Assembly: GCF_001194135.2 (NCBI RefSeq)
Contig: NC_069000.1
Coordinates: forward strand, 12,562,019 to 12,621,100
Reading direction: 5' to 3'
DNA length: 59,082 nucleotides
From: Octopus bimaculoides
Taxonomy: Eukaryota
Shown: positions 1 through 12,606 of the stretch, piece after piece
Layout: each line of letters opens with the position of its first letter
Numbering within the stretch: the first letter of the stretch is position 1
Position numbers and translations under genes: made by a program
Notes under the pieces: model-generated
Told to the model about the DNA's origin: nothing
The model's database searches: none
Seen by the model: the letters and a program-made list of their open reading frames with translations, nothing else

Positions 1-43
<43 letters not shown>

Positions 44-671
44 GCATATAGGTGGATGCATGCATGTGACTCCTGAAAGTCGTTTGGTAAAGAAAAAGAG
101 AAAATGGATAATTTATAAAAGAATGATGTGTAATGACCAGGCATAAAGGCCGCATACTTTCCCGATATCATGCAGCGTCATTAAAGATATACGGTCAATT
201 TTGGCAAAGATTTTGGCATTTAAATAACCTAGACACATACTAGAAACCTCTGGGCAGTACGCCAAAAATATAACTTGCTCGGAAGAGATACCACGTCAAA
301 AATATCAAGAATTAGACGAAGAAATCTCTCACTTTAGCTAACATTGCTTCTCATAAATCTGAACACACCATTGCTGACAAAATTCATTGACGCTCATTAA
401 CCACTAATTCTGCTATTATATTCGTATCACTGATGTTAACACCGATGGCGGAATGGAAAGGAGCGAGAATTACAAAAAAAACGTGATATATTATTTAGGC
501 CCATTGCTTCCTGATGGATATAGCCTAAAGATTCTCCGTAATTCCTCTGAAGAATCAGTTTCATATACATACATAAGTACGTACATAATATACATATACA
601 TGCACATATATATTTGTATGCTTATATATATATATATGTTTGTGTGCGTGTATGTATGCGTGTATACATAC

Positions 672-705
<34 letters not shown>

Positions 706-728
706 GTGTGTGNNNNNNNNNNAGATAG

Positions 729-768
<40 letters not shown>

Positions 769-834
769 GTAGACAGAGATAAAGAGACAGATAGAGATAG
801 AGAAACAGACAGAAAGACAAATAGATAGATAGAC

Positions 835-910
<76 letters not shown>

Positions 911-1277
911 GGCAAATAAGGATTTACACTGTTATATAAAGGGAATATTTGCGCTGTCCGTTTGGCGATGATTAGGATTCTTACGAAGTCTAATAATTTA
1001 TTCGGTTCACCAACTTGCAAGTCAGTTCTCTTTTTTAATATCCTCGATTTTGAATGCAGTTGAAATGAATTTATTACGAGTTACTTGTATTACAAGCAGA
1101 TTACTGCAAGATATTTTGCTCGGTGTAACATTGTTTAAATCACTTCAATTGGTTCTATGAATGAATGTAGATATATTTATAGGAAAAGTTTTGTGGTCTT
1201 AGAATATGTCCTGTACGTACATTGAATCGAAGAATGCGTAACTGGCTAAAAACGTACTGTCACGCAATGGTGAATAG

Positions 1278-1637
1278 AAGTGCCAGATAATTGACTTCAC
1301 AATCCCAAATGATGAAAACATATGAGAGGTATAGAAAAAGAACCTAACTATTAAATTACAGAGACTATGGAAAGGTGCGAGTAAAATGTATCCCGGTAGT
1401 TATAAGTGCATTGGGAATTAACCCTAAAGATCTGAACAAATAGACTGAGGAAATTGGCATAAAACCCAGTTTAGTACAGCTCCAGAAAACAGTGTTATTA
1501 GAGACAGCTAGGATACTTAGGAGGGTTCTTGCCATCTAAGGTTACTTGTTGTAGCCTGATGTTAAGATCTTTTCTGTTCCAACAGTCTAGTCTGTTGAAT
1601 GTATATGAAAAAACAGTAATAATAATTATAACAATAT
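1278..1637 (+). mobile_element. 3' end of an R4/Dong-like non-LTR retrotransposon (restriction-like endonuclease domain, 3' UTR, TAA-type tail)
   Basis: Translates, with stops and a frameshift, as KCQIIDFTIPNDENI...KLQRLWK/VRVKCIPVVISALGINPKDLNK*TEEIGIKPSLVQLQKTVLLETARILRRVLAI* (stop at 1537-39). This matches the RLE C-terminal pattern (IID.A.P.D.N; P.VIGALG; LQK..LL.TA.ILR.VL). A ~80-bp UTR and TAATAATAATTATAACAATA follow. Confidence 0.85.
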
Positions 1638-2315
1638 TGAAAATATTTTGAGATTGGTACTTGGGTGTTAAATATCGTGGAGAGAAACTCCGTGAGACCT
1701 TTGACAACAGGTTGCTGTCCGCTTATACAGAATTAACAGGAGCGAGTAAAATCGAGATCCAGGGAAGTAAAATGGAAACAATACAAATACAAGATGTGAG
1801 ACATGACGGTGAAAACAATATCATTAGTAGTTGGAGCGTGGTTAAATCATATGAAAAGAAACATAGAGTCTGTACATGGGCTCAAAACACTACACACTCT
1901 CCATAAATAACTCTTCTAATAACTGCTCGCATCTAGTGCAAGATACTATCGATTCACTAGAGTAGCTGAATTAAAACAATCTTCACACACCTCACACGCC
2001 CAATACAATAAGCAGCTAATAATCTAAAGCAACACAACTCGTGGTACATACACTATACAAGATTAACGCCCACTAAAATAACATGACCGACATTATTAAC
2101 ACACACCAAGCACAGTAGAATAAACACTAATATAACAAGAAATAAGAAACTCTACCCCATGATAAAAAAAAAACAAACTGAAGTCGCACACCAACAAGAA
2201 AGGTCTGTGCTCCTTCAATCCACATGCATATATAAACACAATGCTGCGTACACCTCAGGGACACGGAGGTGCAACCGTCGATGCAGTAGAAACTCGCGTG
2301 GAACTACTGAAGAAA

Positions 2316-2354
<39 letters not shown>

Positions 2355-2694
2355 ATGTATAATCGTTGGGGCACTCAGAACGATATGTAACGTAAAAACA
2401 AATATGTAGGACAAAATCTTCGCATCTACAAAATGAGTAAAGTCCAAAAAGATCCCTATGGGTAACGCACATTTTACGTAAATTCCTCTCTATGTAAGTA
2501 CTTTTGTTCATTCAGTGTTAAAAATTCTAATTTTTTATTTAAAACACTCAGCCATTAGTTTCTTCGATTGCGTGGCACCTTACCTGTATGCATCTTTTGA
2601 CGCAAAAGTTTGTGGAGCCTTGACACCTCTGGTTGACACTTGGGTGCAGCTTGTGTAAATTACTGCACAATCAAAACATAATTGAAGTGAAATA

Positions 2695-2806
2695 CGATAA
2701 TAATATCAATAATAGTAATAATATTAATAATAATAATAATAATGATGATGATGATGATGATGATGATGATGGGGGGGATAACAACAACACCAACAACAAC
2801 AACAAC

Positions 2807-2857
<51 letters not shown>

Positions 2858-2915
2858 GATGATGATGACGATGATGCTGATGCTACTGATGATGATGATG
2901 CCGACAACAACAGCA
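2695..2915. repeat. Compound trinucleotide microsatellite (AAT/GAT/AAC)
   Basis: Read directly; it produces the false poly-N/D/L ORFs at 2633-2995. Confidence 0.95.
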
Positions 2916-3478
2916 ACACCAACAAAATCCGTTGTTTTCAGAACACACTCCCGAAAGTGAAAGAGGAGCCCGAATATCTTATTATTTTGATCTAAACATT
3001 CCGAAATCTAAATCTTTTCCCTTGAGAGTTGATATGAGAAAATTGATCTCAGAATCAAGATTAAGTGCATATTCATCTGTGAAATGAAATGGATTTTTGT
3101 ATCGGTCTATGGTTTAATATATGGAAATAAATCCAGATAACGATATATATACTATAAGAACGACTAGATTGGAATTGAAGATTTATATAAAAGTCAACTT
3201 TCAAAATGTCGAACCTGTAGATGTTGTAAGCCAATAATATAACAGTTTGTTTATTTGTAATCATTATTCTTAGTACTGTTTATTGTTGCCGTATTATCTC
3301 CTTCAGGCTTATTTTTGTTGTAGGTCTGTTCATCATTAGAACATTAGAATTCCCTCACTGTAGCTCAATCATTGAGAATAGACAACATAAATTAACAGAA
3401 AACAAGTGTTCAAAATGAAAGATTGAATATACAAACATACGCACATACCTACACACACATATATATATACGTGTGTAA

Positions 3479-3510
<32 letters not shown>

Positions 3511-3928
3511 ATGCATCTATCTATAAAGGGAGAGAGAGGGGGATTTATTCTCAATGGAAATCAGTAATGTAGTCTATGTTCGTGAAAGTATGAAATATCT
3601 AAATACTTACCGACCTAAAACGTTCGTTATTGGCATTAAATATTAAAACGTCTGACGCTAAGAAAACATACTTTCTTAGGATTTCACAAGATAACATAAA
3701 GCAGACTGTAACTATTATATTTTCAATTATTCAAATATAGATGAAGACGATGAAAAAAATCTATTGAAAGGAGAGGACTGATTATATAAGACCTCTCAAA
3801 CTTTCTTGAAGAATTCTAACGAAGGTGTTTCGATTAGTTTTATAAACTTTAATTTCCAAAGATTCAGAAACAAGAGAGTATATTGTATATCTGAACTAAG
3901 TTATTAATCATTTTTGTCATTAAAGCAA

Positions 3929-4148
3929 AGACGGAAAGCTGGCAGAAACGTTAGCACGCCGGGCGAAATGCATAGCGGTATTTCGTTTGTCTTTGCGTTC
4001 TGAGTTCAAATTCCGCCAAGGTCGACTTTGCCTTTCATCCCTTTTGGGGTTGACAAATTAAGTACCAGTTGCGTACTGGGATCGATCTAATCGAGTGGCC
4101 CCCTCCCCAAAATGTCGGGCTTTGTGCCTAGAGTAGAAAAGATTATTA
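3929..4148 (+). mobile_element. tRNA-derived SINE, family A (Nin-like core), tail type ...GCCTAGAGTAGAAAAGATTATT
   Basis: Head AGCTGGCAGAAACGTTAGCACGCCGGGCGAAATGC, B-box GAGTTCAAATTCC, and core GACTTTGCCTTTCATCC...GGGGTYGAYAAATTAAGTACCAG, repeated many times in this window. The Nin-domain label is from memory. Confidence 0.9.
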
Positions 4149-4197
4149 CCATTAAAGCAAAGGCGGCTAGCTGGCAGAATGCTTAGCAGCATTCTGA

Positions 4198-4432
4198 AGG
4201 CGACGAGCTGGCAAAAATGTTAGCACCCCGGGCGAAATGCTTAGCGGTATTTCGTCTGCCGTTACGTTCTGAGTTCAAGTTCCGCCGAGGTCGACTTTGA
4301 CTTTCATCCTTTCGGGGTCGATAAATTAAGTACCAGCTACGCACTGGGGTCGGTCTAATCGACTTAATCCCTTTGTATATCTTTGTTTGTCCCCTCTATG
4401 TTTATCCCATTGTGGGCAATAAAGAAATAAGA
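4198..4432 (+). mobile_element. SINE family A, tail type ...TTGTGGGCAATAAAGAAATAAG
   Basis: Near-consensus copy with the same head, B-box and core. An extra head fragment lies at about 4158-4185. Confidence 0.92.
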
Positions 4433-4454
4433 ATGCCGTGCGGCATTTGTTCGT

Positions 4455-4498
4455 CTTGTGAGTGGATTTGGTAGACGGAACCAAAAAGAAACCCGTCG

Positions 4499-4541
<43 letters not shown>

Positions 4542-4725
4542 TTATCCCCCACAATCGCTTGATAACCGCTGTTGGTGTACTTCCGTCCCCGTAACTTAGC
4601 GGTTCGGCATCGGATCACGATATACTAAGTGCTAAGATTACAAGGAATAAGTCCTAAGGTGGATTTGTTCGACTAAAGACGGCGCTCTAGTATGGCCGTA
4701 GTCAAATGACAAACAAGTAAAAGAA
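4455..4725 (+). mobile_element. SINE family B, 5'-truncated, with internal (TA)/(TG) microsatellite
   Basis: CTTGTGAGTGGATTTGGTAGACGGAA...GTCAAATGACAAACAAGTAAAAGA matches the copies at 31378, 47490, 49600 and 26424. Confidence 0.88.
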
Positions 4726-6548
4726 TGTAAACATACCTATTTATGTGTATGTATGTATGTATGTACGTATGTATGTGTGTGTATGTATGCATGTATGTAT
4801 GTATGTATGTATGTATGTATGTTTGCACGTATGTATGTATACATGCACGCCGTGACATATATTGCGGTGAAGCATCTAGAAGGATCCACTGTCAATGATA
4901 AAAAACCTTGTTCTCAATGCATGAAGCTAAAAATTGTTTGGAGATGTTACCGTTATAGCGTTGTCATTCTTTATGGAGAAACAGACAATAGCACCATTGT
5001 AGATAAAAGCGGAGCGAAAAATATATAGCTCCCTGTCAAAGCTCGACTTCGTATTCTTATACAAAGGCTCATTTACGTTTCCATGTTACGCCACATAAAT
5101 CTGGGAGTCATCCCTTTATTGTAATAACAACACGCCAGAGATTGTTGCTTTAGAAGTTAAATAACTCTATAGCGTAGATCCTATTCTAAGTTACACATAA
5201 TATTACATATGTATCTTTGGTAAATAGAAAAAAAAAATCATGTCTAGCAAATGAAGAAATTTAACAATCGAATTATTATGCATTACATGTCTGCAATCAA
5301 ATTATTTCAAAGTATTTGAATGTGAAAAACAGAAAATAAGTAAGTAAATTAGTAAATAAACCACTGGCTTTTGATATAGAGAAGACTGACAAGCTTTCTG
5401 TTTGGAAATCATATGTAATATAAGCCACGATAAATCATTATAACTACCCGTTTGAATTTCAGAGACAAGCAAAGATTTTACCAAGCATTTTGTGTTTGTT
5501 TGCTTGTGTGTTTCTTTCTCTGACATTTCGTGCAAATGACAAATATAAGATTATACCAATGTTGCCCAAAAATAAAACGACGTTGAATCAATATATATGA
5601 AGTTTAAAGAAAAGATGGGGAATGAGTATTTTAACCTCTTAACATACACATTCTTTTTTCAATTTCCATGCAAAAAAACATCATATTTTTGTATATTTTT
5701 TTTATTTCGAATCTGTATAGTATAAAAGGAAGGATAAATATACAATTTATTTTGGATCAGTTATGGTTTATTACGAAGTTACTGATAGAATAGATAGAAA
5801 ACGAGAATAACATCATGAACGAAGTATTTGGGGTTAGAAATAAACGATAGATACCTCAGAGTACAGTGAACGTATATTTGTCTGTCTGTCTCTCTCTCTC
5901 CCTCTCTCTCTCTCTCTCTTTCTCCCCCCCTCTCTCTCCCAGTCATATACTTCATTTACAATTGCTACCTACCTTTCTGTTCCTGCAATCGATCTTCCTG
6001 TCCCATTTTCTCTTCTCAATCTCTTTTTCCTCTACCACTTAAATTCTGCATCTCCCTGTCACCCTATCCATCTTTATCCATCGTTTGACTATATTCAAAA
6101 ATAATAGCCCCGTATAAAAGACCTGCTCATAGATGAAATTCGATTTTGTGAATCGCAGAAATCGGCCGAGCGATTTTTTTGTGAATCAACATAGAATAAA
6201 CGAATGCACCTGACCAATAGGTTAACACAATGAAACGTGTCTCACGAAAAATGCAAAAGTGAATAACTAACTGAGTCTAGCAATTCCATCAGCTGGCATA
6301 TCTAGCTCCTTTCCAATTTTGTTTATGCATGGATCTTGCGATGTTCAGAAATGAGTAACGACTGAAATAACGGCTATTCTTTCCTGCTTAGTCGCTCCAA
6401 TAGGCATATCATGCTTGGGGTAAGTAGAAGCGGCGCTTTTACCATTATGTATAAATACATGAACAGGCTGGATAGCTAAGTCAAAACTGAAGTTGACAAA
6501 CTTCTGAAAAGTTCGTTTTAGTTGAATAAATATCCGCTTGGAGTATGC

Positions 6549-6583
<35 letters not shown>

Positions 6584-6952
6584 TGAATGAGTAAGTGAGT
6601 GAGTGTGCGCGTGCGTTTGTGTGGGGAAAGTGTGAGAATGTACGGGTCTCTCCTTCCATTTAAACGTGTGTGTGTGTGTGTATGTATATATGTATGCGTG
6701 TGTAGCTATGTGTAGACAAATTGGTAGGGAGGCCAATATCTAGGTAGGGAGATAGATAGATGGATAGATAGATAAATAGATACATAGATAGATAAGTAGA
6801 TAGATAGATAGATGATAGATGCATTGACTGATTGATTGATTGATTGATTGATTGACTGATTGATATATAGGTAGGTTAGTTAGGTAGGTGTCTAGGTAGA
6901 TTGATATAGATATATAAATATATATATATATATGGTTAAACATATATGAATA

Positions 6953-7025
6953 GGCGCAGGAGCGGCTGTGTGGTAAGTAGCTTGCCCACCATGGTTCCGG
7001 TCTCAGTCCTACTCTGTGGCTTCCG
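6953..7025 (+). mobile_element. SINE family B head fragment
   Basis: GGCGCAGGAGCGGCTGTGTGGTAAGTAGCTTGC...TCAGTCCTACT matches the family B tRNA-like head. Confidence 0.75.
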
Positions 7026-7775
7026 ACATAATAGAAATAGTAAAGAGTGATAAAAACTTCAATTCCAAAAATTGAAATATAATGTAACTCACATAACCTG
7101 TGGAAATTACTCCTGGGAGTGACTTTCTTTACCATAAGATGCAATCGCATGGATTATGGATGTCACTTTGGAATTCTATAATTATGTATATAATATGTAT
7201 ATGTATATGTATATAGAATATACATATACNNNNNNNNNNNNNNNNNNNNNNNNNNNNNNNNNNNNNNNNNNNNNNNNNNNNNNNNNNNNNNNNNNNNNNN
7301 NNNNNNNNNNNNNNNNNNNNNNNNNNNNNNNNNNNNNNNNNNNNNNNNNNNNNNNNNNNNNNNNNNNNNNNNNNNNNNNNNNNNNNNNNNNNNNNNNNNN
7401 NNNNNNNNNNNNNNNNNNNNNNNNNNNNNNNNNNNNNNNNNNNNNNNNNNNNNNNNNNNNNNNNNNNNNNNNNNNNNNNNNNNNNNNNNNNNNNNNNNNN
7501 NNNNNNNNNNNNNNNNNNNNNNNNNNNNNNNNNNNNNNNNNNNNNNNNNNNNNNNNNNNNNNNNNNNNNNNNNNNNNNNNNNNNNNNNNNNNNNNNNNNN
7601 NNNNNNNNNNNNNNNNNNNNNNNNNNNNNNNNNNNNNNNNNNNNNNNNNNNNNNNNNNNNNNNNNNNNNNNNNNNNNNNNNNNNNNNNNNNNNNNNNNNN
7701 NNNNNNNNNNNNNNNNNNNNNNNNNNNNNNNNNNNNNNNNNNNNNNNNNNNNNNNNNNNNNNNNNNNNNNNNNNN

Positions 7776-7809
<34 letters not shown>

Positions 7810-8022
7810 CTAACTCTTCGAAACGCTTAGTTTTAGAATGGTGCCAGCTGATGAAGGAAGTGTTATCTATGTGGCCTGTATGTTTTCTGTACTCTGTTTA
7901 TCATTTTGTCCACGTTTTTTTTTTTGCATCGTCCTGTACCCAGATATGCATCTATATATACATGTACATCTAGCTATGTACATACATGTACGTATATATG
8001 CATATACTCATTTATTATTTGT

Positions 8023-8054
<32 letters not shown>

Positions 8055-8779
8055 AGATATCATTGATCCACTAAATAAACCAAATATCTCTAAAGTCACA
8101 AGGTGTGATTCTGTCCGATCATTCCATGCCATTACACACCATGCGTGTGTGTTTATTTTTGAGCGTGCGTGGTATGTCCTTTATGTGTGTACTTGCGTGC
8201 ATGCATGCGTGTGTTGTTTGTGCTGCTTCGCATTTGTGTTTATGAATATTTCTCTATATGAGACGTGTATTTTCTAGACTCTCTTTGCATATGTGTGTTT
8301 GTTTTAAAGGAATTCGTATCTCTATAACTCTAATCTGTATCGGAGTGTGTTCGCACGTGTGTGTGTGTACGTCTATTTATCCATGTGTACGCTGAAGTTT
8401 AAAGATTTGATGGGGGGGGGAATAAATGAGAGAGAGAGGGAAATAAAATGGAAAATTATTGAAATTTTCATCTAATTTCAAGATTTAAGAGAAAAAAAAA
8501 ATTGTTTAAAATATATAACTGACTCATTGACACATTTGAAGATACCTCCAGCTCCGTCATCAGCGAAACCACAAAATAAATAAATAATTACACGAACAAA
8601 TAAAATAATAATCTTGTTAAAGACCATTATTGACGAAGCAACACGTGACTAAGCGAAGATTATTCGTGGTACAATAGGAAATATTCGCTGACACGCAGAC
8701 ATCTCCGTGAATGCCATCAACGAATTCCAGCTTCACTTCTGTCCTTCAACAGTTTGACTCATACCCCGCCACACTACCG

Positions 8780-8813
8780 GTGTTGTTGTTGTTGTTGTTG
8801 ATGCTGCTGCTGC

Positions 8814-8862
<49 letters not shown>

Positions 8863-9098
8863 CTTCTTCTTCTACTTAGACATTTCATTTCTTTTTCCAT
8901 CATTATCTTTATCCTCATCATCATCATCATCATCAGCAGCAGCATCCCCATCATTATCGACGTCGTCGTTGTCGTTGTCATCATCGTCTTCTTCTTCTTC
9001 TTCTTCTTCTTCTTCTTCTTCTTCATTATCTTCTTCTTCTTCATCATCATCATCATCGTCGTCTTCTTCTTCTTCATCTTCTTCTTCTTCTTCTTCTT
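8780..9098. repeat. Compound trinucleotide microsatellite (GTT/GCT/CAT/CTT) running into a gap
   Basis: Read directly. Confidence 0.95.
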
Positions 9099-10127
9099 NN
9101 NNNNNNNNNNNNNNNNNNNNNNNNNNNNNNNNNNNNNNNNNNNNNNNNNNNNNNNNNNNNNNNNNNNNNNNNNNNNNNNNNNNNNNNNNNNNNNNNNNNN
9201 NNNNNNNNNNNNNNNNNNNNNNNNNNNNNNNNNNNNNNNNNNNNNNNNNNNNNNNNNNNNNNNNNNNNNNNNNNNNNNNNNNNNNNNNNNNNNNNNNNNN
9301 NNNNNNNNNNNNNNNNNNNNNNNNNNNNNNNNNNNNNNNNNNNNNNNNNNNNNNNNNNNNNNNNNNNNNNNNNNNNNNNNNNNNNNNNNNNNNNNNNNNN
9401 NNNNNNNNNNNNNNNNNNNNNNNNNNNNNNNNNNNNNNNNNNNNNNNNNNNNNNNNNNNNNNNNNNNNNNNNNNNNNNNNNNNNNNNNNNNNNNNNNNNN
9501 NNNNNNNNNNNNNNNNNNNNNNNNNNNNNNNNNNNNNNNNNNNNNNNNNNNNCTTTCTCCTTTTCATAATTTTATTATATCTTCTCACGATTATCGAGAA
9601 TTAACAGAAATCAGTTACCCTGCATAACTCCCTCTCCACCCCCACGCCACCTCCCAAAACAGTATCTGCAGAAGAGGATCAGATCAGTTATACGCGGAAT
9701 GTTTCGTTGACGGCTATACCATTGTTGTTCTTGATGATATTTTTGTTGTTATTATTGTTGTTTTTGTTGTAGCTGCGGTAATGTTGATATTGGTGCTGTG
9801 ATTCAGTTGCGATTAATATTGTTATTATTTGTAGTAGCACTGTTGATTCTGCTGTTGCTGCCTGCCAGAGAGTAGGCTAGGTATGGGAGTAGTAAACCCG
9901 ATTTTCCCCCCTCTTATCTGATAAATCCATGAATGACATGTACAGATAAGTCAGCGATGATGATTGACAGGTGTGGCTAAACGCCATTGCAGAATTGCAC
10001 TTCGGTTTTAATTGACTTTACCGTCAGCTTTTTATAGTTTTATTGGAATCTGGATCTCAGTCATAGATTTGTTATTATTTGTGTAGCTCGTATCTGTTTA
10101 CGCTACATCATTATTCTATTTACCCTG

Positions 10128-10186
<59 letters not shown>

Positions 10187-10507
10187 NNNNNNNNNNNNNN
10201 NNNNNNNNNNNNNNNNNNNNNNNNNNNNNNNNNNNNNNNNNNNNNNNNNNNNNNNNNNNNNNNNNNNNNNNNNNNNNNNNNNNNNNNNNNNNNNNNNNNN
10301 NNNNNNNNNNNNNNNNNNNNNNNNNNNNNNNNNNNNNNNNNNNNNNNNNNNNNNNNNNNNNNNNNNNNNNNNNNNNNNNNNNNNNNNNNNNNNNNNNNNN
10401 NNNNNNNNNNNNNNNNNNNNNNNNNNNNNNNNNNNNNNNNNNNNNNNNNNNNNNNNNNNNNNNNNNNNNNNNNNNNNNNNNNNNNNNNNNNNNNNNNNNN
10501 NNNNNNN

Positions 10508-10540
<33 letters not shown>

Positions 10541-10547
10541 ATAAATA

Positions 10548-10685
10548 TTCTTTTACTCTTTTACTTGTTTCAGTCATTTGACTGTGGCCATGCTGGAGCA
10601 CCGCCTTTAATCGAGCAAATCGACCCCAGGACTTATTCTTTGTAAGCCTGGTACTTATTCTATCGGTCTCTTTTGCCGAACCGCA
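10548..10685 (-). mobile_element. SINE family B 3' end
   Basis: Reverse complement of GCGGTTCGGCAAAAGAGACCGATAGAATAAGTAC...CATGGCCACAGTCAAATGACTGAAACAAGTAAAAGAG. Confidence 0.9.
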
Positions 10686-10876
10686 CTTAATCACTTGGGC
10701 ACGCTCCTTTATTATTTTTTAGTATCAGTATCATAATTTGGTACAGAAGTGTTCATTCGTGTAATGTTCAAAATATTTCCATGGCACTTTTCGAAATTAT
10801 GATTTACATATTCGGTTGTTCGTCAACACCCCCGAACACTGGATGTGGCCACTTACAACTTTGGGTAATTCATATA

Positions 10877-11091
10877 CGAGCGATTTCTTAGGGGATTATG
10901 GCTCTGGATAAAAGAAAATACAGAAGGATGAGTTAATTATGATTTTATTCAACATATTCCCCACTCAGATCCATACGCTTATTGCAGCGCTCCATTTTTC
11001 TCTAAGCCTCGTAAAAGAACTCAGAAGTTTGTGCCTCTAGCCAGGCCTTTCACCATACCCTTTAAGCCAGGTACTTTTCAGCACTCCCTCG
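10877..11091 (-). mobile_element. Internally deleted mariner derivative (MITE-like, 215 bp)
   Basis: TA flanks at 10875-76 and 11092-93. Degenerate TIRs CGAGCGATTTCTTAGGGGATTATGGCT versus CGAGGGAGTGCTGAAAAGTACCTGGCT. The minus strand keeps a transposase C-terminus, MERCNKRMDLSGEYVE*, matching the mariner RWxKCxxxxGxYVE pattern. Confidence 0.8.
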
Positions 11092-11324
11092 TATTTGTGA
11101 AATCAGTTTTCTTTAATAAGATTTGATTTTTATATGAGTTAAAGTAACATATAATCTCTTTTGTCTGAATTTAGGAGTATATTGTTGGCATTAATCCACC
11201 GTGAGAGAGGTTTCAAGTATTCATTAATTCTCCTAAACTATAAATCATATACATTTATATATGAGTTATAGATTGGAAGCAGATTGGTATAATCAGCAAA
11301 ATGATATATTATGCGGTACTTGAG

Positions 11325-11528
11325 CCAATGAAGAGGCGTCTAAGAGGTCAGTCAATCTGCTAGAAATAGCAGCTATCTTGCCAACGCGTTACGACTTAAC
11401 TATTTTAGAATAGGGACTCATTGTATATAGATTTTCCTAAACTGTCTGAAAATAAGACAGAATGGCCATGGCTTGCAAACTTTAAAGTCTGCTTGATCGA
11501 GTCTGATGGGAGCTAAATAACGACAGCT
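11325..11528 (+). repeat. Interspersed repeat family F (SINE-like), decayed; related pieces at about 27105-27290 (+) and 51315-51385 (-)
   Basis: Shared motif TGCTAGAAATAGCAGC (GCTAAAAGCAGCAGCC at 27180; GCTGTTATTTCTAGCAG on the other strand at 51337). Confidence 0.5.
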
Positions 11529-11560
11529 ATAGTTTATTTCATAACATATAATTATTATGT

Positions 11561-11603
11561 GGAGGTGCAATGGCCCAGTGGTTATGGCAGCGGACTCGCG
11601 GTC
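11561..11603 (+). mobile_element. SINE family C head fragment
   Basis: GGAGGTGCAATGGCCCAGTGGTTATGGCAGCGGACTCGCGGTC is nearly identical to the head at 55093. Confidence 0.85.
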
Positions 11604-12566
11604 ACTGCTGAAATCAAAATGCGTTTAGTTCATTAAGACGCAGAAACAATGAAAGATAAATTTGAAGTCAACAAAACAAATACCGCAACGTAATTTTCTT
11701 TCAGTTCCGCTAATCAATTGGCTAGACTTGGTACTTTTAATCATTCTCGAAAAGACGAAAGGCTGTGTAAATATCAACGGAATTTAAACTCAGGGTGCAA
11801 AGACACAGAAGTGATACTGTAAGACATTCCACCCAACGCATTAGTGTCTCTGCTAAATCATTGCGTGCTTTAAGTTCCTGAATTTTTCAAGGATCTGTTT
11901 AATCTAAATTAAAACGGAAATAGGTCTAACTTTACACATGAATTGGATTCGATTGTCCACTGTTAGTCCACGTCACTACGAAGGCCTCTGCATTTTCTCT
12001 CCACCAGCCACGGTCCGATGTGAGGGCCATGAATTTGAGCTTGCAATGATACTGGTTTCATGAGCCAAACTCTGCCGCTCTCGTTCGACATAACTTGACA
12101 GTTTTTATACTCAGACCCAGGAGTAGTCAAGACGATTACATCGATCCAGTGATCAAATGGTACTTATTTATATTTACACATATCACAACAAAATTAATTA
12201 TTTTAAAAATGGGTTTAATTATATTATTTCTAAATTAGTTAGTTTTGTTGCTTTTGTCGAACAGGGGAGATTTCAAATTTGAGAGATTATTTTGTTTAGG
12301 TATATAAAATCGTAAATCGAAGTAGAAGTTGGTACATACATAACATGAGAAGGTTTCGTATAATACATTGGAAAATTACCGAAGGCATTCAAGATTGAGA
12401 TGCTTAGTTGACCATCAAGTCCAGAGCATCAGGTATCGTTATCGTGTTTTGTGAAAGGGGTACTATTGCTATATTAAACTCAACAATGATATATATTCGT
12501 ACAATTATGAATAGATGGTAAAAATAGACACAATCAATAAACCGTATCTATTTCTTTGTTATACAT

Positions 12567-12606
<40 letters not shown>

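Noticed and set aside
215-345. Peptide HILETSGQYAKNITCSEEIPRQKYQELDEEI with E-x18-KY spacing like an RLE endonuclease
   Set aside because: The flanking RLE motifs are absent and the similarity is too short to separate from chance.
1661-2160. Possible LTR or retroelement edge and an 81-aa ORF
   Set aside because: I found no second LTR, primer-binding site, polypurine tract or recognisable gag/pol motif.
7808-7862. Hammerhead-like motifs CGAAAC ... CTGATGA
   Set aside because: Stems I-III and the UH cleavage site cannot be built with convincing pairing.
9985-10020. AATTGCACT, resembling the miR-92 5' end
   Set aside because: Only the seed region matches, and there is no precursor hairpin.
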